A DNA stretch of 64,000 nucleotides. It comes from Alphaproteobacteria bacterium. Its GTDB lineage: Bacteria > Pseudomonadota > Alphaproteobacteria > UBA11073. Positions 19,892-30,550 of this stretch are shown piece by piece. The notes beneath the pieces were generated by a model. That model saw nothing but the letters and a program-made list of their open reading frames with translations, was not told where the DNA came from and searched no databases. Every line of letters starts with the position of its first letter. Within the stretch, counting starts at the first letter, position 1. The translations under genes and the position numbers were made by a program. The DNA lies in assembly GCA_965246945.1 (NCBI GenBank), contig CBDFFW010000001.1:1645639-1709638 (forward strand), in the 5' to 3' direction.

Positions 19892-21361
19892 ATGTTTCCG
19901 CCTGCTGATCCCACCACAGATCAAGACGATAAATTCCATGAAGAATGTGGGGTGTTTGCTGTGTGGCGGCACCCAGATGCGGCAGCGTTGACCGCATTGG
20001 GGCTGCATGCATTGCAGCACCGGGGGCAAGAAGCGTGCGGGATTATTACGCATGACCCCGCCAATCATTTACGTAAATTCCACATGCATCGTGCACTTGG
20101 CCTGGTCGGCGACAATTTCAATAAACCCAATGTGATTGCCACCCTGCCCGGCACATCTGCCATCGGTCATAACCGTTATGCCACCACGGGCGAAACCGCC
20201 TTGCGCAATGTGCAGCCGCTTTATGCCGATTTTGATTTTGGCGGCTTCGCACTCGCCCATAACGGCAATCTGACCAATGCGCTGACTTTGCGCAAAGAAT
20301 TGGTGCAAGCCGGTGCCTTATTTCAATCCTCCAGCGATACTGAAACGATTATTCAATTGATGGCGCGCAGCAAGGGCGAAGTGCCAGAGCGGTTGATTGC
20401 CGCATTGCAGGGCGTGCAAGGTGCATATTCGATTGTCGCGTTGCATGCCGGCGGCATTATCGGCGTGCGCGATCCCAACGGCGTGCGGCCGCTGGTGTTG
20501 GGCATGTTAAACGATACCTATATTATGGCATCCGAAACCTGCGCGCTCGATATCGTGGGCGCGACCTATCTACGTGATATTGAACCCGGCGAAATGGTCA
20601 CTATTAGCGAAGCTGGTTTGCAAAGCTTCAAACCTTTCCGTCCGCGCGCCAGCCGGTTTTGTATTTTCGAATATGTTTATTTCGCGCGACCCGATACGCA
20701 GCTGGAAGGGCAATCGGTTTATAACACCCGCAAACAAATCGGCGTCGTGCTCGCCGCCGAAGCGCCGGTGGATGCGGATGTGATTGTACCCGTGCCGGAT
20801 AGCGGCGTGCCGGCCGCTTTAGGCTTTGCACAGGCCGCCGGTATTCCCTTTGAATATGGCATTATTCGCAACCATTATGTCGGCCGCACTTTTATCGAAC
20901 CCACCTCGCAAATCCGCCATTTGGGCGTGAAATTGAAGCACAATGCCAATCCGATTATCATTAATGGAAAGCGCGTGGTGCTGGTGGATGACAGCATTGT
21001 ACGCGGCACCACCAGCCGCAAAATTGTCGATATGGTGCGCGCCGCTGGCGCCACCGAAGTGCATATGCGCATCACCGCCCCGCCGATCAAGCATAGCTGT
21101 TACTACGGCATCGACACGCCGGAAGAATTTGACTTGCTCGCCCATAAAATGAGCGTGGCGGAGATGACGGAATATCTGAATTTAGATAGCCTAGCCTTTA
21201 TTTCCTTAGACGGCCTGCACCGCGCCGTCACCGGTGTGCGGCGCGATATCGTCACCATGCGCCATTGCGATGCGTGCTTCAGCGGCGATTACGCCATCCC
21301 CCTGGTCGACCGCGATGTAACGAATGCCAGCGAAACGCAGTTGCGCGCTGCGCATGGGTAA
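19892..21361 (+). CDS. purF: Amidophosphoribosyltransferase
   Basis: Ntn Cys in ECGVFAV after a propeptide, PRTase motif VVLVDDSIVRGTT, and C-terminal Cys ligands for the Fe-S cluster. Confidence 0.95.
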   Translation: MFPPADPTTDQDDKFHEECGVFAVWRHPDAAALTALGLHALQHRGQEACGIITHDPANHLRKFHMHRALGLVGDNFNKPNVIATLPGTSAIGHNRYATTGETALRNVQPLYADFDFGGFALAHNGNLTNALTLRKELVQAGALFQSSSDTETIIQLMARSKGEVPERLIAALQGVQGAYSIVALHAGGIIGVRDPNGVRPLVLGMLNDTYIMASETCALDIVGATYLRDIEPGEMVTISEAGLQSFKPFRPRASRFCIFEYVYFARPDTQLEGQSVYNTRKQIGVVLAAEAPVDADVIVPVPDSGVPAALGFAQAAGIPFEYGIIRNHYVGRTFIEPTSQIRHLGVKLKHNANPIIINGKRVVLVDDSIVRGTTSRKIVDMVRAAGATEVHMRITAPPIKHSCYYGIDTPEEFDLLAHKMSVAEMTEYLNLDSLAFISLDGLHRAVTGVRRDIVTMRHCDACFSGDYAIPLVDRDVTNASETQLRAAHG

Positions 21362-21371
21362 AAGATATAAA

Positions 21372-22532
21372 ATGCCTTTTAATTTTAATGAAACCGATCT
21401 AATTGGTACGCCTTTCACATTAGGTCAACTTTATGAAGCTCAGCATATCCTAGAATATCATTTAAATGAAGTTGGCCCTGAATGGTTAAAATATCCTACA
21501 GGAGTAGTTGGTGATTATTGGAGAAAAGGAGGCACCGAGGCCATCTGCTTTTTCATCGGAATATCGTTACAGTTAAAAACTTTATTAAAAAAAACTTCAG
21601 ATGATACAAGATATTTAATTAATGAAAAATTACTCAATTTATTTAAGCAAAGAAAAAATAATCAGTTTTATGAAGCTCACATAGAATGGTCCGTATTAGA
21701 TATGATTGCTTTAAGAGCTATATCAATTGATATTGAACCTTTAAGTTTTGGCCCAGATTGTCGTGTATGCACACCATTTGGAAATTATTTTGCAGAGATA
21801 ACAGTATGTACCCCAAAAAAATTTATCTTACTAAATAACTCTTCCAAAATTTTAATAGACAGTTTTGTAGACCAAGCTAATAAAACTTTGTTTAATTCAG
21901 AAATTTTTCGTGAAATTCAGGTTACAAAATTAGGTATTTCTCAATTAATTAGTTTAAAATATAACGATGTAAAAAATATCCTTTATCAAGTTACTTTTAA
22001 TTCTACAGGTGAAATTAAAATTCCTGTAACTGACAGGACGGTTCATATTTTTTGGAATTCAGTGACTAGTTTGAAAAAAAAATTATTTTATTGGCCTGAT
22101 TCCATATTATCTTCGTCACATCATATTAAAGCGTTACAACCTCCCTTTATTTCAGAGACAAAAAAATACATTCCATTAATAGCTGTTTACACAAGTTTAG
22201 AGATTGAGCAATATTCAAACGAAATAATTAAAGCTTTATATAAAAAATTTAAAGATAAGAAATATCAACGCCAAAGTAATGAACCTTTTTACTTGATAAT
22301 GCATATGAATATTGGCAACCAAGTTAATCCTGAAGTAATTCTGAATTTGATAGACCGAAGAATTTGGCCCAATCCGACATATGATTGGATTAGTGGTATT
22401 GGACTTTATTTTCCTTCTTTTGCTTCCGAAGCCTACAAAGCACCTCCTATAATGTTTCACTCTAATAACTTTAATGCAAAACATCCTATACCTCCTGGCT
22501 GTATAGAATATTTTAATAATATGCATAATTAA
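21372..22532 (+). CDS. Hypothetical Asn/Lys/Ile-rich protein in an AT-rich islet beside the tRNA
   Basis: About 387-aa frame starting MPFNFNETDL just after the purF stop. Codon composition is strongly AT-biased relative to neighbours. No motif recognised. Confidence 0.5.
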   Translation: MPFNFNETDLIGTPFTLGQLYEAQHILEYHLNEVGPEWLKYPTGVVGDYWRKGGTEAICFFIGISLQLKTLLKKTSDDTRYLINEKLLNLFKQRKNNQFYEAHIEWSVLDMIALRAISIDIEPLSFGPDCRVCTPFGNYFAEITVCTPKKFILLNNSSKILIDSFVDQANKTLFNSEIFREIQVTKLGISQLISLKYNDVKNILYQVTFNSTGEIKIPVTDRTVHIFWNSVTSLKKKLFYWPDSILSSSHHIKALQPPFISETKKYIPLIAVYTSLEIEQYSNEIIKALYKKFKDKKYQRQSNEPFYLIMHMNIGNQVNPEVILNLIDRRIWPNPTYDWISGIGLYFPSFASEAYKAPPIMFHSNNFNAKHPIPPGCIEYFNNMHN

Positions 22533-22593
22533 TATTATTCATTTTTCATTTAGATTTTGCAGTCATGCTTGGCATTCGGTAGATTGATATTAT

Positions 22594-22670
22594 AGGCCTG
22601 TAGCTCAGTTGGTTAGAGCGGACCGCTCATAACGGTTTGGTCGGGGGTTCAAGTCCCTCCGGGCCTACCA
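22594..22670 (+). tRNA. tRNA with CAT anticodon, either elongator Met or Ile2 (lysidine); CCA is encoded
   Basis: Manual cloverleaf: acceptor AGGCCTG/CGGGCCT, D-arm GCTC-AGTTGGTTA-GAGC, anticodon stem GACCG/CGGTT with loop CTCATAA, T-arm GGGGG-TTCAAGT-CCCTC, discriminator A, CCA. Pos1-pos72 are paired, so it is not an initiator. Confidence 0.85.
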
Positions 22671-22720
22671 TCATTTAAAATCGGTTGTTTAAGCGTTCTG
22701 CTTTTTGACGTTTCCAAATA

Positions 22721-22888
22721 TTAGGCGGCAATCCCCAGGCCGTTATCGGCGAAGGCCAATGCGGCGATACTGCTTTGAATCATGCGTGCTTTCAGCAGTG
22801 TTTCCAGACGTTCGACATCAAGATCGCCTTTGGCATCATTAATCAGCGCTTCAATTGCCGAGGTTTGGTCAAACCAAGAATTTTCCAT
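22721..22888 (-). CDS. Possible small protein (55 aa), not in the supplied ORF track
   Basis: Reverse-strand frame MENSWFDQTSAIEALINDAKGDLDVERLETLLKARMIQSSIAALAFADNGLGIAA. GGGAG lies 7 nt upstream of the ATG. Balanced amino-acid composition. Confidence 0.3.
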   Translation of the reverse strand: MENSWFDQTSAIEALINDAKGDLDVERLETLLKARMIQSSIAALAFADNGLGIAA

Positions 22889-23064
22889 TTTTTGCTCCCG
22901 TTTAAAACTGGCGCTTGGCCATTATGGTTGGTGATGCAAAGCAGATGCCAAATAATTTCATAAATGCAGCCATTAAGTTTTCGGCAAGCTTTGCCCAACC
23001 ACAGGTTGCACACTTTAAATGATACGTGTTTCCTTCATGCTAAGAATGCCGTTAAACAGTGTGA

Positions 23065-24456
23065 GTGCAAAAAATTAAACTACCTATCTGGTTGCTGGTG
23101 CTGTGTCTTGCGGCGCTATCTTTAAGCTGGCAGACCGCGCATTTAAAAACCCGCACGATTAAAGATTATGATCAATTACTGTATCTGCCGATTGCGCATG
23201 ATCTAGCCACTACAGGCATATTTACCGATGGCCGGTTCACCGATTTAACCCAAAATAATGCAGGCCGTGCCGGTATGTTTATCGCCCCGCTTTATCCCGC
23301 TCTCATTGCGGGCTTAAGCAAAATGGATACTCGGCTGGCAGCCACGCTGGTCTGTTCCGCGACCAAAAGCGATCCGGCGATTGCGGAATGCCCACTTGAT
23401 TTAGGGATTTTGCGGCCGGTTCAATTAATTTTCGCAATGGTAACCTTATTGCTCCTCTGGCAAACCGTTTTTTTTATTACCAGCAGTCCTGTTGCGGCAT
23501 GGAGCGGGCTGTTCATTGCCTGTTTACTATGCCGTGACTATGCCGAATTTGCCAATGTGGCGATGACGGAGGCAATTGTTCTGCCACTGTTTGCGGCGTT
23601 TAGCTGGTCGCTGATTAAAACCATTCAACAGCAAAAATTATCGCTGGCGGCTATCACCGGCTTGCTGCTGGGTTTCAGTAGCCTCGCGCGGCCGGAATAT
23701 ATTTATTTGGCCGATGGTTTTGTGGCGCTGACACTTCTCGCCTTTATTTGCCGCCGCCCCAACTATGCCAAGTTAGCGGCCATAATTGGGCTGACTGGTT
23801 TGCTGGTTACCGCGCCCTGGCTGCTGCGTAATTGGTTATTGTTTCATACGGCGGCGATGACCGAAAGCTATGCCGGTTTTAATCTGGCCCAGCGCGTGAC
23901 CTATGAAATGATGACCTGGCGTGAATGGTGCGCTGGCTGGCTGTTTTATCTGCCGGATTTTGGCGACCGGCTGGCGCATTGGTTGTTCAATCCAGCCGAT
24001 TTCACGCGGCTGGATTATGACGGGCGGCCGGATACATTTTATCAAATTGGGTTTAAAATTACCGCGCCGGAAAGTTTGGCGGCTGCTGGCGGCGCAGCGC
24101 ACCAAGTTGGTTATTTGCTTCGCCATTATGCCCTGCCGGATCCGGTGAAATATTTGGCGGTAACGCTGCTGCTCAGCTGGCGCGGGTTATGGATTGGGAA
24201 ATATTTCAGTTTATTAACCGCCCCTTTTCTTTTGTGGTTTGGCGTGCGCAGTATTAATCGCAAAGATGCAGCAGCATTGGCCTTGTTAATCCCACCCTTG
24301 CTGTTATTAGGCTTGCATGGTGCAGTCTCCAATAATATGCCGCGTTATAATCTGATCCTGGTGCCTGCGCTGGCTACTGCCATCGGTGCTTTGCTCGGGC
24401 CATGGTTGCAAAAGCTATGGCAAAACCGGCGTAACCGTTCTAAATTAACACCATGA
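23065..24456 (+). CDS. Polytopic membrane glycosyltransferase, GT39/ArnT-like (PMT_2 type); GTG start
   Basis: About 11 predicted TM helices with an N-terminal periplasmic loop, the typical ArnT/PMT-like architecture. Family assignment comes from topology and pattern only. Confidence 0.55.
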   Translation: MQKIKLPIWLLVLCLAALSLSWQTAHLKTRTIKDYDQLLYLPIAHDLATTGIFTDGRFTDLTQNNAGRAGMFIAPLYPALIAGLSKMDTRLAATLVCSATKSDPAIAECPLDLGILRPVQLIFAMVTLLLLWQTVFFITSSPVAAWSGLFIACLLCRDYAEFANVAMTEAIVLPLFAAFSWSLIKTIQQQKLSLAAITGLLLGFSSLARPEYIYLADGFVALTLLAFICRRPNYAKLAAIIGLTGLLVTAPWLLRNWLLFHTAAMTESYAGFNLAQRVTYEMMTWREWCAGWLFYLPDFGDRLAHWLFNPADFTRLDYDGRPDTFYQIGFKITAPESLAAAGGAAHQVGYLLRHYALPDPVKYLAVTLLLSWRGLWIGKYFSLLTAPFLLWFGVRSINRKDAAALALLIPPLLLLGLHGAVSNNMPRYNLILVPALATAIGALLGPWLQKLWQNRRNRSKLTP

Positions 24457-24902
24457 TCGCTGACCCGCAAATTTCGAATATCCTGGCCCAATTATTGGCC
24501 GATACCTATGTGCTGCAGATTAAAACGCAGAATTATCACTGGAATGTGCAGGGTGTGGATTTTGCTGGCCACCACGCGTTTTTTGAACAGCAATATACCG
24601 AATTGCAAGCAGCGGTCGATGAAATTGCTGAACGGCTGCGCATGATTGGCAGCCCTGCCCCGGGCAGTATGCAGCAGTTTTTAAACTTAAAGCGTTTGCC
24701 GGAAGCCGATGGCAATGCCCGCGATGCGCAATCGATGATGGGTTTGCTGTTTATCGATCATTCAACCCTGATCGAATTTTTGCGCGCGGCGATCAAAACG
24801 TTTGAAGAAAAGAACGATCCGGGCACGGTTGATTTATTCACCGTGCGCCTCCGCGCCCATGAAAAATTCGCCTGGATGCTGCATGCAAGTATTAATCCGT
24901 AA
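24453..24902 (+). CDS. dps: DNA-binding ferritin-like protein Dps
   Basis: Ferroxidase-site residues in NYHWNVQGVDFAGHHAFFEQQYTELQAAVDEIAERL. Confidence 0.85.
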   Translation: MIADPQISNILAQLLADTYVLQIKTQNYHWNVQGVDFAGHHAFFEQQYTELQAAVDEIAERLRMIGSPAPGSMQQFLNLKRLPEADGNARDAQSMMGLLFIDHSTLIEFLRAAIKTFEEKNDPGTVDLFTVRLRAHEKFAWMLHASINP

Positions 24903-24910
24903 AACTTAAA

Positions 24911-25735
24911 ATGCGGATATTATTTTTAGGCGATTTAATGGGCCGACCGGCGCGGGAATTGGCGGCCAAAATGGTTAGGCAGTGGCGTGGGGATTGGCAG
25001 CTGGATTGTGTGATTGTTAATGGTGAAAATGCCGTCAATGGCTCCGGTATTAATAAGGAAGTGATCGACTTGTTATTGGCCGCTGGCGTGGATGTCATCA
25101 CCACCGGCAACCATGTCTGGGGGGAGCGCAGTTTGGCCACCATCATTCCGCAATATCCGCGCGTGCTGCGCCCTCTGAATTACCGTTCAGACACACCTGG
25201 CAAAGGTTCAGTATTGATTGAGACAACCAAAGGGCAGCGTGTATTGATCGCCAATCCTATTGGTCAGCGCGGCATGGATCAACCTGTGGCCAGCCCATTT
25301 AACGCGGTGGATGAGTTGTTAAAGCAATATCCACTCGGTAAAGACGTAAAGGCGATTATCATCGATTATCACGCTGAAACCACTTCTGAAAAAATCGCGA
25401 TGGGCTGGCTGTGCGATGGCCGGGCGAGTTTGGTAGTGGGTACGCATACCCATGTGCCAACCGCCGATACCCGCATTTTAACCGGCGGCACGGCTTACCA
25501 GACCGATGTCGGCATGTGCGGCGATTATGACAGTGTGTTGGGGTTAGAGTATAAACCCGTTCTCAAACGCTTTATGCATGATTTGCCGCGTGAAAAAAAA
25601 CCACCGGTGGCGAGCGGCACGCCAACTCTATGCGGGGTATATCTGGAAACAGATGACCGCAGCGGGCTGGCGAAACATGTTCAGCGTATTTGTTATGGCC
25701 CGCATTTTACAAATGCGCTGCCATCGTTTACATAA
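24911..25735 (+). CDS. ymdB: YmdB-family metallophosphoesterase (2',3'-cNMP phosphodiesterase, TIGR00282-like)
   Basis: MRILFLGDLMGRPARE, GENAVNG, TTGNHVWG motifs of the YmdB calcineurin-like family. Confidence 0.85.
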   Translation: MRILFLGDLMGRPARELAAKMVRQWRGDWQLDCVIVNGENAVNGSGINKEVIDLLLAAGVDVITTGNHVWGERSLATIIPQYPRVLRPLNYRSDTPGKGSVLIETTKGQRVLIANPIGQRGMDQPVASPFNAVDELLKQYPLGKDVKAIIIDYHAETTSEKIAMGWLCDGRASLVVGTHTHVPTADTRILTGGTAYQTDVGMCGDYDSVLGLEYKPVLKRFMHDLPREKKPPVASGTPTLCGVYLETDDRSGLAKHVQRICYGPHFTNALPSFT

Positions 25736-25741
25736 AATAGC

Positions 25742-26143
25742 ATGCCCCGCCCTATTGTCTTCACCCCGCCGCAAATTAAAGTGAAAGCCGTCAACGGCAA
25801 AGGCCGGGGCGTGTTTGCCACGCGGGATTATGCGAGTGGTGAATTGATCGAAACCTGCCCTGTGCTGTTATTCGATGCAGCGCAAACCGAGCATTTCGAG
25901 AACACGGATTTATGGCATTATTTGTTCAACTGGGATGAAGAAACCGGCCAGCTGGCACTGCTATTCGGTTATGGTATGCTGTATAATCACAGCTTCAAAC
26001 CCAATGCCCGCATGGTGCACGACCACGCCAATGAGCGGACCGAGGTGTATGCCGAAACGGATATTAAAATGAGTAAAGAAATTATGTTAAATTATTTAGG
26101 CGAACCGGATGCTACCGGTGAGCTGTGGTTTGAAATGGCTTAA
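25742..26143 (+). CDS. SET-domain protein (putative protein-lysine methyltransferase)
   Basis: GKGRGVFAT (SET-N GxG), YNHSFKPN (NHS/C motif), and a C-terminal ELWFEMA-type post-SET tyrosine/aromatic region. At 133 aa it is a minimal SET domain. Confidence 0.75.
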   Translation: MPRPIVFTPPQIKVKAVNGKGRGVFATRDYASGELIETCPVLLFDAAQTEHFENTDLWHYLFNWDEETGQLALLFGYGMLYNHSFKPNARMVHDHANERTEVYAETDIKMSKEIMLNYLGEPDATGELWFEMA

Positions 26144-26710
26144 TTATAGTATTAAATCTTTTGCTTGATGTCTTTTCAAATATGTTCCCCGCATGCGCAT
26201 AATTGCTATTAGCGCTATATAACCTGCCAGATGGGCAACTATATCTTTAGGATCAAAAGAGCCATTATCTAGGTTATATTTCTGCGCGAATTCTAGAATG
26301 ATACAACCAATTAAATATGGGGATTTTTTAACTGGCATTTTAGGTTCTGTGTATTCTTCTATATCTGTTCGACAAAAAATTTTTTCATTAATTATCTTAG
26401 AAGTGTTTAATTTCGCACGCGACAGCTCCCAAACTTTTCCGATTGTAATAGCACTAAAGGGCAAAGCAATAATTGCCGAGAAATCAGCTAAATAATTGCC
26501 AGTTAAATTTACATCTAAGCCAATTCCTTCGTGCTGTAAAAAATTAAAGATAACCTCATTACAATGACGCGCTAACTGCTGTTCAAGTATATTGCCCATG
26601 CGGCAACCACATAACCGACCAAATATAGTTAACGCACAAAACGTGCTTGCTATGCTGGCCTCAAAGCCAATAACATCATTTGTAAACTTCAAAGAACTTT
26701 GTTTCTTCAC
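26144..26710 (-). CDS. Hypothetical protein (AT-rich gene)
   Basis: Uninterrupted 188-aa frame, no motif recognised, AT-richer than ligA next to it. Confidence 0.4.
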   Translation of the reverse strand: MKKQSSLKFTNDVIGFEASIASTFCALTIFGRLCGCRMGNILEQQLARHCNEVIFNFLQHEGIGLDVNLTGNYLADFSAIIALPFSAITIGKVWELSRAKLNTSKIINEKIFCRTDIEEYTEPKMPVKKSPYLIGCIILEFAQKYNLDNGSFDPKDIVAHLAGYIALIAIMRMRGTYLKRHQAKDLIL

Positions 26711-26771
26711 CTATTTATTATCAATTTGATCAGCCGTTAAGGCAAATACTTGCAAACAAATACCTTTAATT

Positions 26772-28841
<2,070 letters not shown>

Positions 28842-28851
28842 TTAACACCTT

Positions 28852-28959
28852 ACCTCATCCTGAGGAGCATCGTAGATGCGTCTCGAAAGATGCTCCAGCG
28901 GAATCTCCTTTAAGTATCCTTCGAGACACCCTGTATTACCGCTCATCAAAATGAGGTAA
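28852..28959. repeat. MITE-like palindromic repeat, family A, copy 1 (right end degenerate)
   Basis: Reads ACCTCATCCTGAGGAG...GCGTCTCGAAAGATGCTCCA...GTATCCTTCGAGAC...ATGAGGT. It shares the 16-bp terminal inverted repeat and inner inverted repeat with copies at 49455 and 49903. It fills the ligA-kinase spacer. Confidence 0.7.
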
Positions 28960-28963
28960 GATT

Positions 28964-30364
28964 TCAAGGAATACTAAACCGTAAAGTAATAATCAGGCCT
29001 TGAGGTTGTTGAGTAGAAAGTTGCATTTCTGCGCCATGCAATTTGGCGATGGCGCTGACGAGGCTTAACCCTAACCCATTCCCTTGGCTGGTGCGGGCGG
29101 TATCAAGCCGCACGAATTGTTCAAGCACGCGGGCTTGATCGCTTTCGGCAATACCAGGACCGGTATCGGTGACGCGTAGGATCACATCCTCTGCTTCCTG
29201 GGCCACGGTGACCATAATTTCACCAGTTTCAGTATATTTAATCGCGTTATCAACTAGATTGAGCAGGGCTTGGAACAGCAATTGCCGGTGGCCTTTCACC
29301 ATCAAACCAGGGGTGGCCGCAAGCCATAATTTCAGGCCTTTGTCTTCAGCGATCGGTTCATACAGTTCGACCACATCTTGGGCCAGGAAACCAAGATCGA
29401 CCGGCCCCATAGAAGCTTTGGCCGTGCCGGCTTCGGCTTCGGCAATCGATAGCAATGCGGAGAAAGTTTTGAGTAGTTGATCGCATTCGGTAATTGCAAA
29501 ACCGATAGCCTCGCGGTGTTGTTTTTCCGGCTCAGGTGCCGCTTGCGCATTATGCAGGGTAATTTCTAATTTGGATTTAATCCGTGTCAGCGGACTACGC
29601 AAATCATGCGCCAGATTGGTAGTGACATTGCGAATGGTTTGGATCAGCCGTTCGATTTCCGCCAGCATTGCATTCAGCGTTAAGGCCAGCCGGTCAAATT
29701 CATCATCTGTGCCCAGCACCGGCATTCGCAGGCCGACCCCGCCGCGCATAATGCGTTCTGCCCCGCGCGTCATTAAATCCAAGCGGCCGAGCATTAATCG
29801 GCTCATCACATAACCGCCGCCGATACCAAGCGCCAGGGTAAGCGCCGCTGCCCAGACCACGGCATGCCAGATGGTGAGTTTAAAATGTTCCTGATCGCGC
29901 AAATCCCGCCCGACCATTAGCACGCTGCCATCGGGCAGGCTAAGCGCCAGCGCCCGCACGGCTTGCTGTCCCAACCCACCGCCTGCCTCACGCTTGGGCA
30001 AGTTAAAGCTTAGCCACCGGCCGTCTAAGGTAGCAGCCAAAGGCCATTCCGGCACATTGCCGACCAAAGGGCGAAACGCTTGATCGGCCAATAAATAAAC
30101 CGCGCTGTTGACGCGGTTAACGTTTAAACGATCGGCCAAAAGCTCTTTTAATTGCTTTACGCCGCCGTCTTTGAATTGATCGGCAAGTTCACTAACCTCA
30201 ACCTCAATCGCGTTATCATTTAATTCGCGTAAATTTTGGGCGGTGGTCCAATAGACGAAAAATAGCATCGCCAGCATGGAAAGACCGAACAAGCTGATAT
30301 ACAGCAGCAGCAACCGAAAGGTTGAAGTGCGGTAAAAAATATTATGCCGTGGGTGCGGGACCAC
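28964..30364 (-). CDS. Sensor histidine kinase (two TM helices, HAMP, HisKA, HATPase_c); GTG start
   Basis: H-box LAHDLRSPLT. N, G1 and G2 boxes (LLNLVDNAIKY, DTGPGI, GLGLSL). Downstream of an OmpR-type regulator. Confidence 0.85.
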   Translation of the reverse strand: MVPHPRHNIFYRTSTFRLLLLYISLFGLSMLAMLFFVYWTTAQNLRELNDNAIEVEVSELADQFKDGGVKQLKELLADRLNVNRVNSAVYLLADQAFRPLVGNVPEWPLAATLDGRWLSFNLPKREAGGGLGQQAVRALALSLPDGSVLMVGRDLRDQEHFKLTIWHAVVWAAALTLALGIGGGYVMSRLMLGRLDLMTRGAERIMRGGVGLRMPVLGTDDEFDRLALTLNAMLAEIERLIQTIRNVTTNLAHDLRSPLTRIKSKLEITLHNAQAAPEPEKQHREAIGFAITECDQLLKTFSALLSIAEAEAGTAKASMGPVDLGFLAQDVVELYEPIAEDKGLKLWLAATPGLMVKGHRQLLFQALLNLVDNAIKYTETGEIMVTVAQEAEDVILRVTDTGPGIAESDQARVLEQFVRLDTARTSQGNGLGLSLVSAIAKLHGAEMQLSTQQPQGLIITLRFSIP

Positions 30365-30414
30365 AGAGGGTTTATGGCATGAAAGTCATAAACTGGGGAA
30401 AGAATTTTTTTGCC

Positions 30415-30546
30415 GTCATCCCGACGAAAGTCGGAATATAGTGAATTAAAAGCATGATGTATGAGCATTATCCTATAGTAAAATTATTTTTGAGCGCCCT
30501 TGGCGCACATTATTGCCACTGGATCCCGACTTTCGTCGGGAAGACG
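30415..30546. repeat. Hairpin-bounded non-coding element (family B, GTCATCCCG-type) in the regulator-kinase spacer
   Basis: Left end GTCATCCCGACGAAAGTCGGAAT. Right end GGATCCCGACTTTCGTCGGGAAGACG, which is the inverted complement. The ~85-bp AT-rich core contains a GCGCCCTTGGCGC hairpin. Confidence 0.55.
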
Positions 30547-30550
30547 CTAG

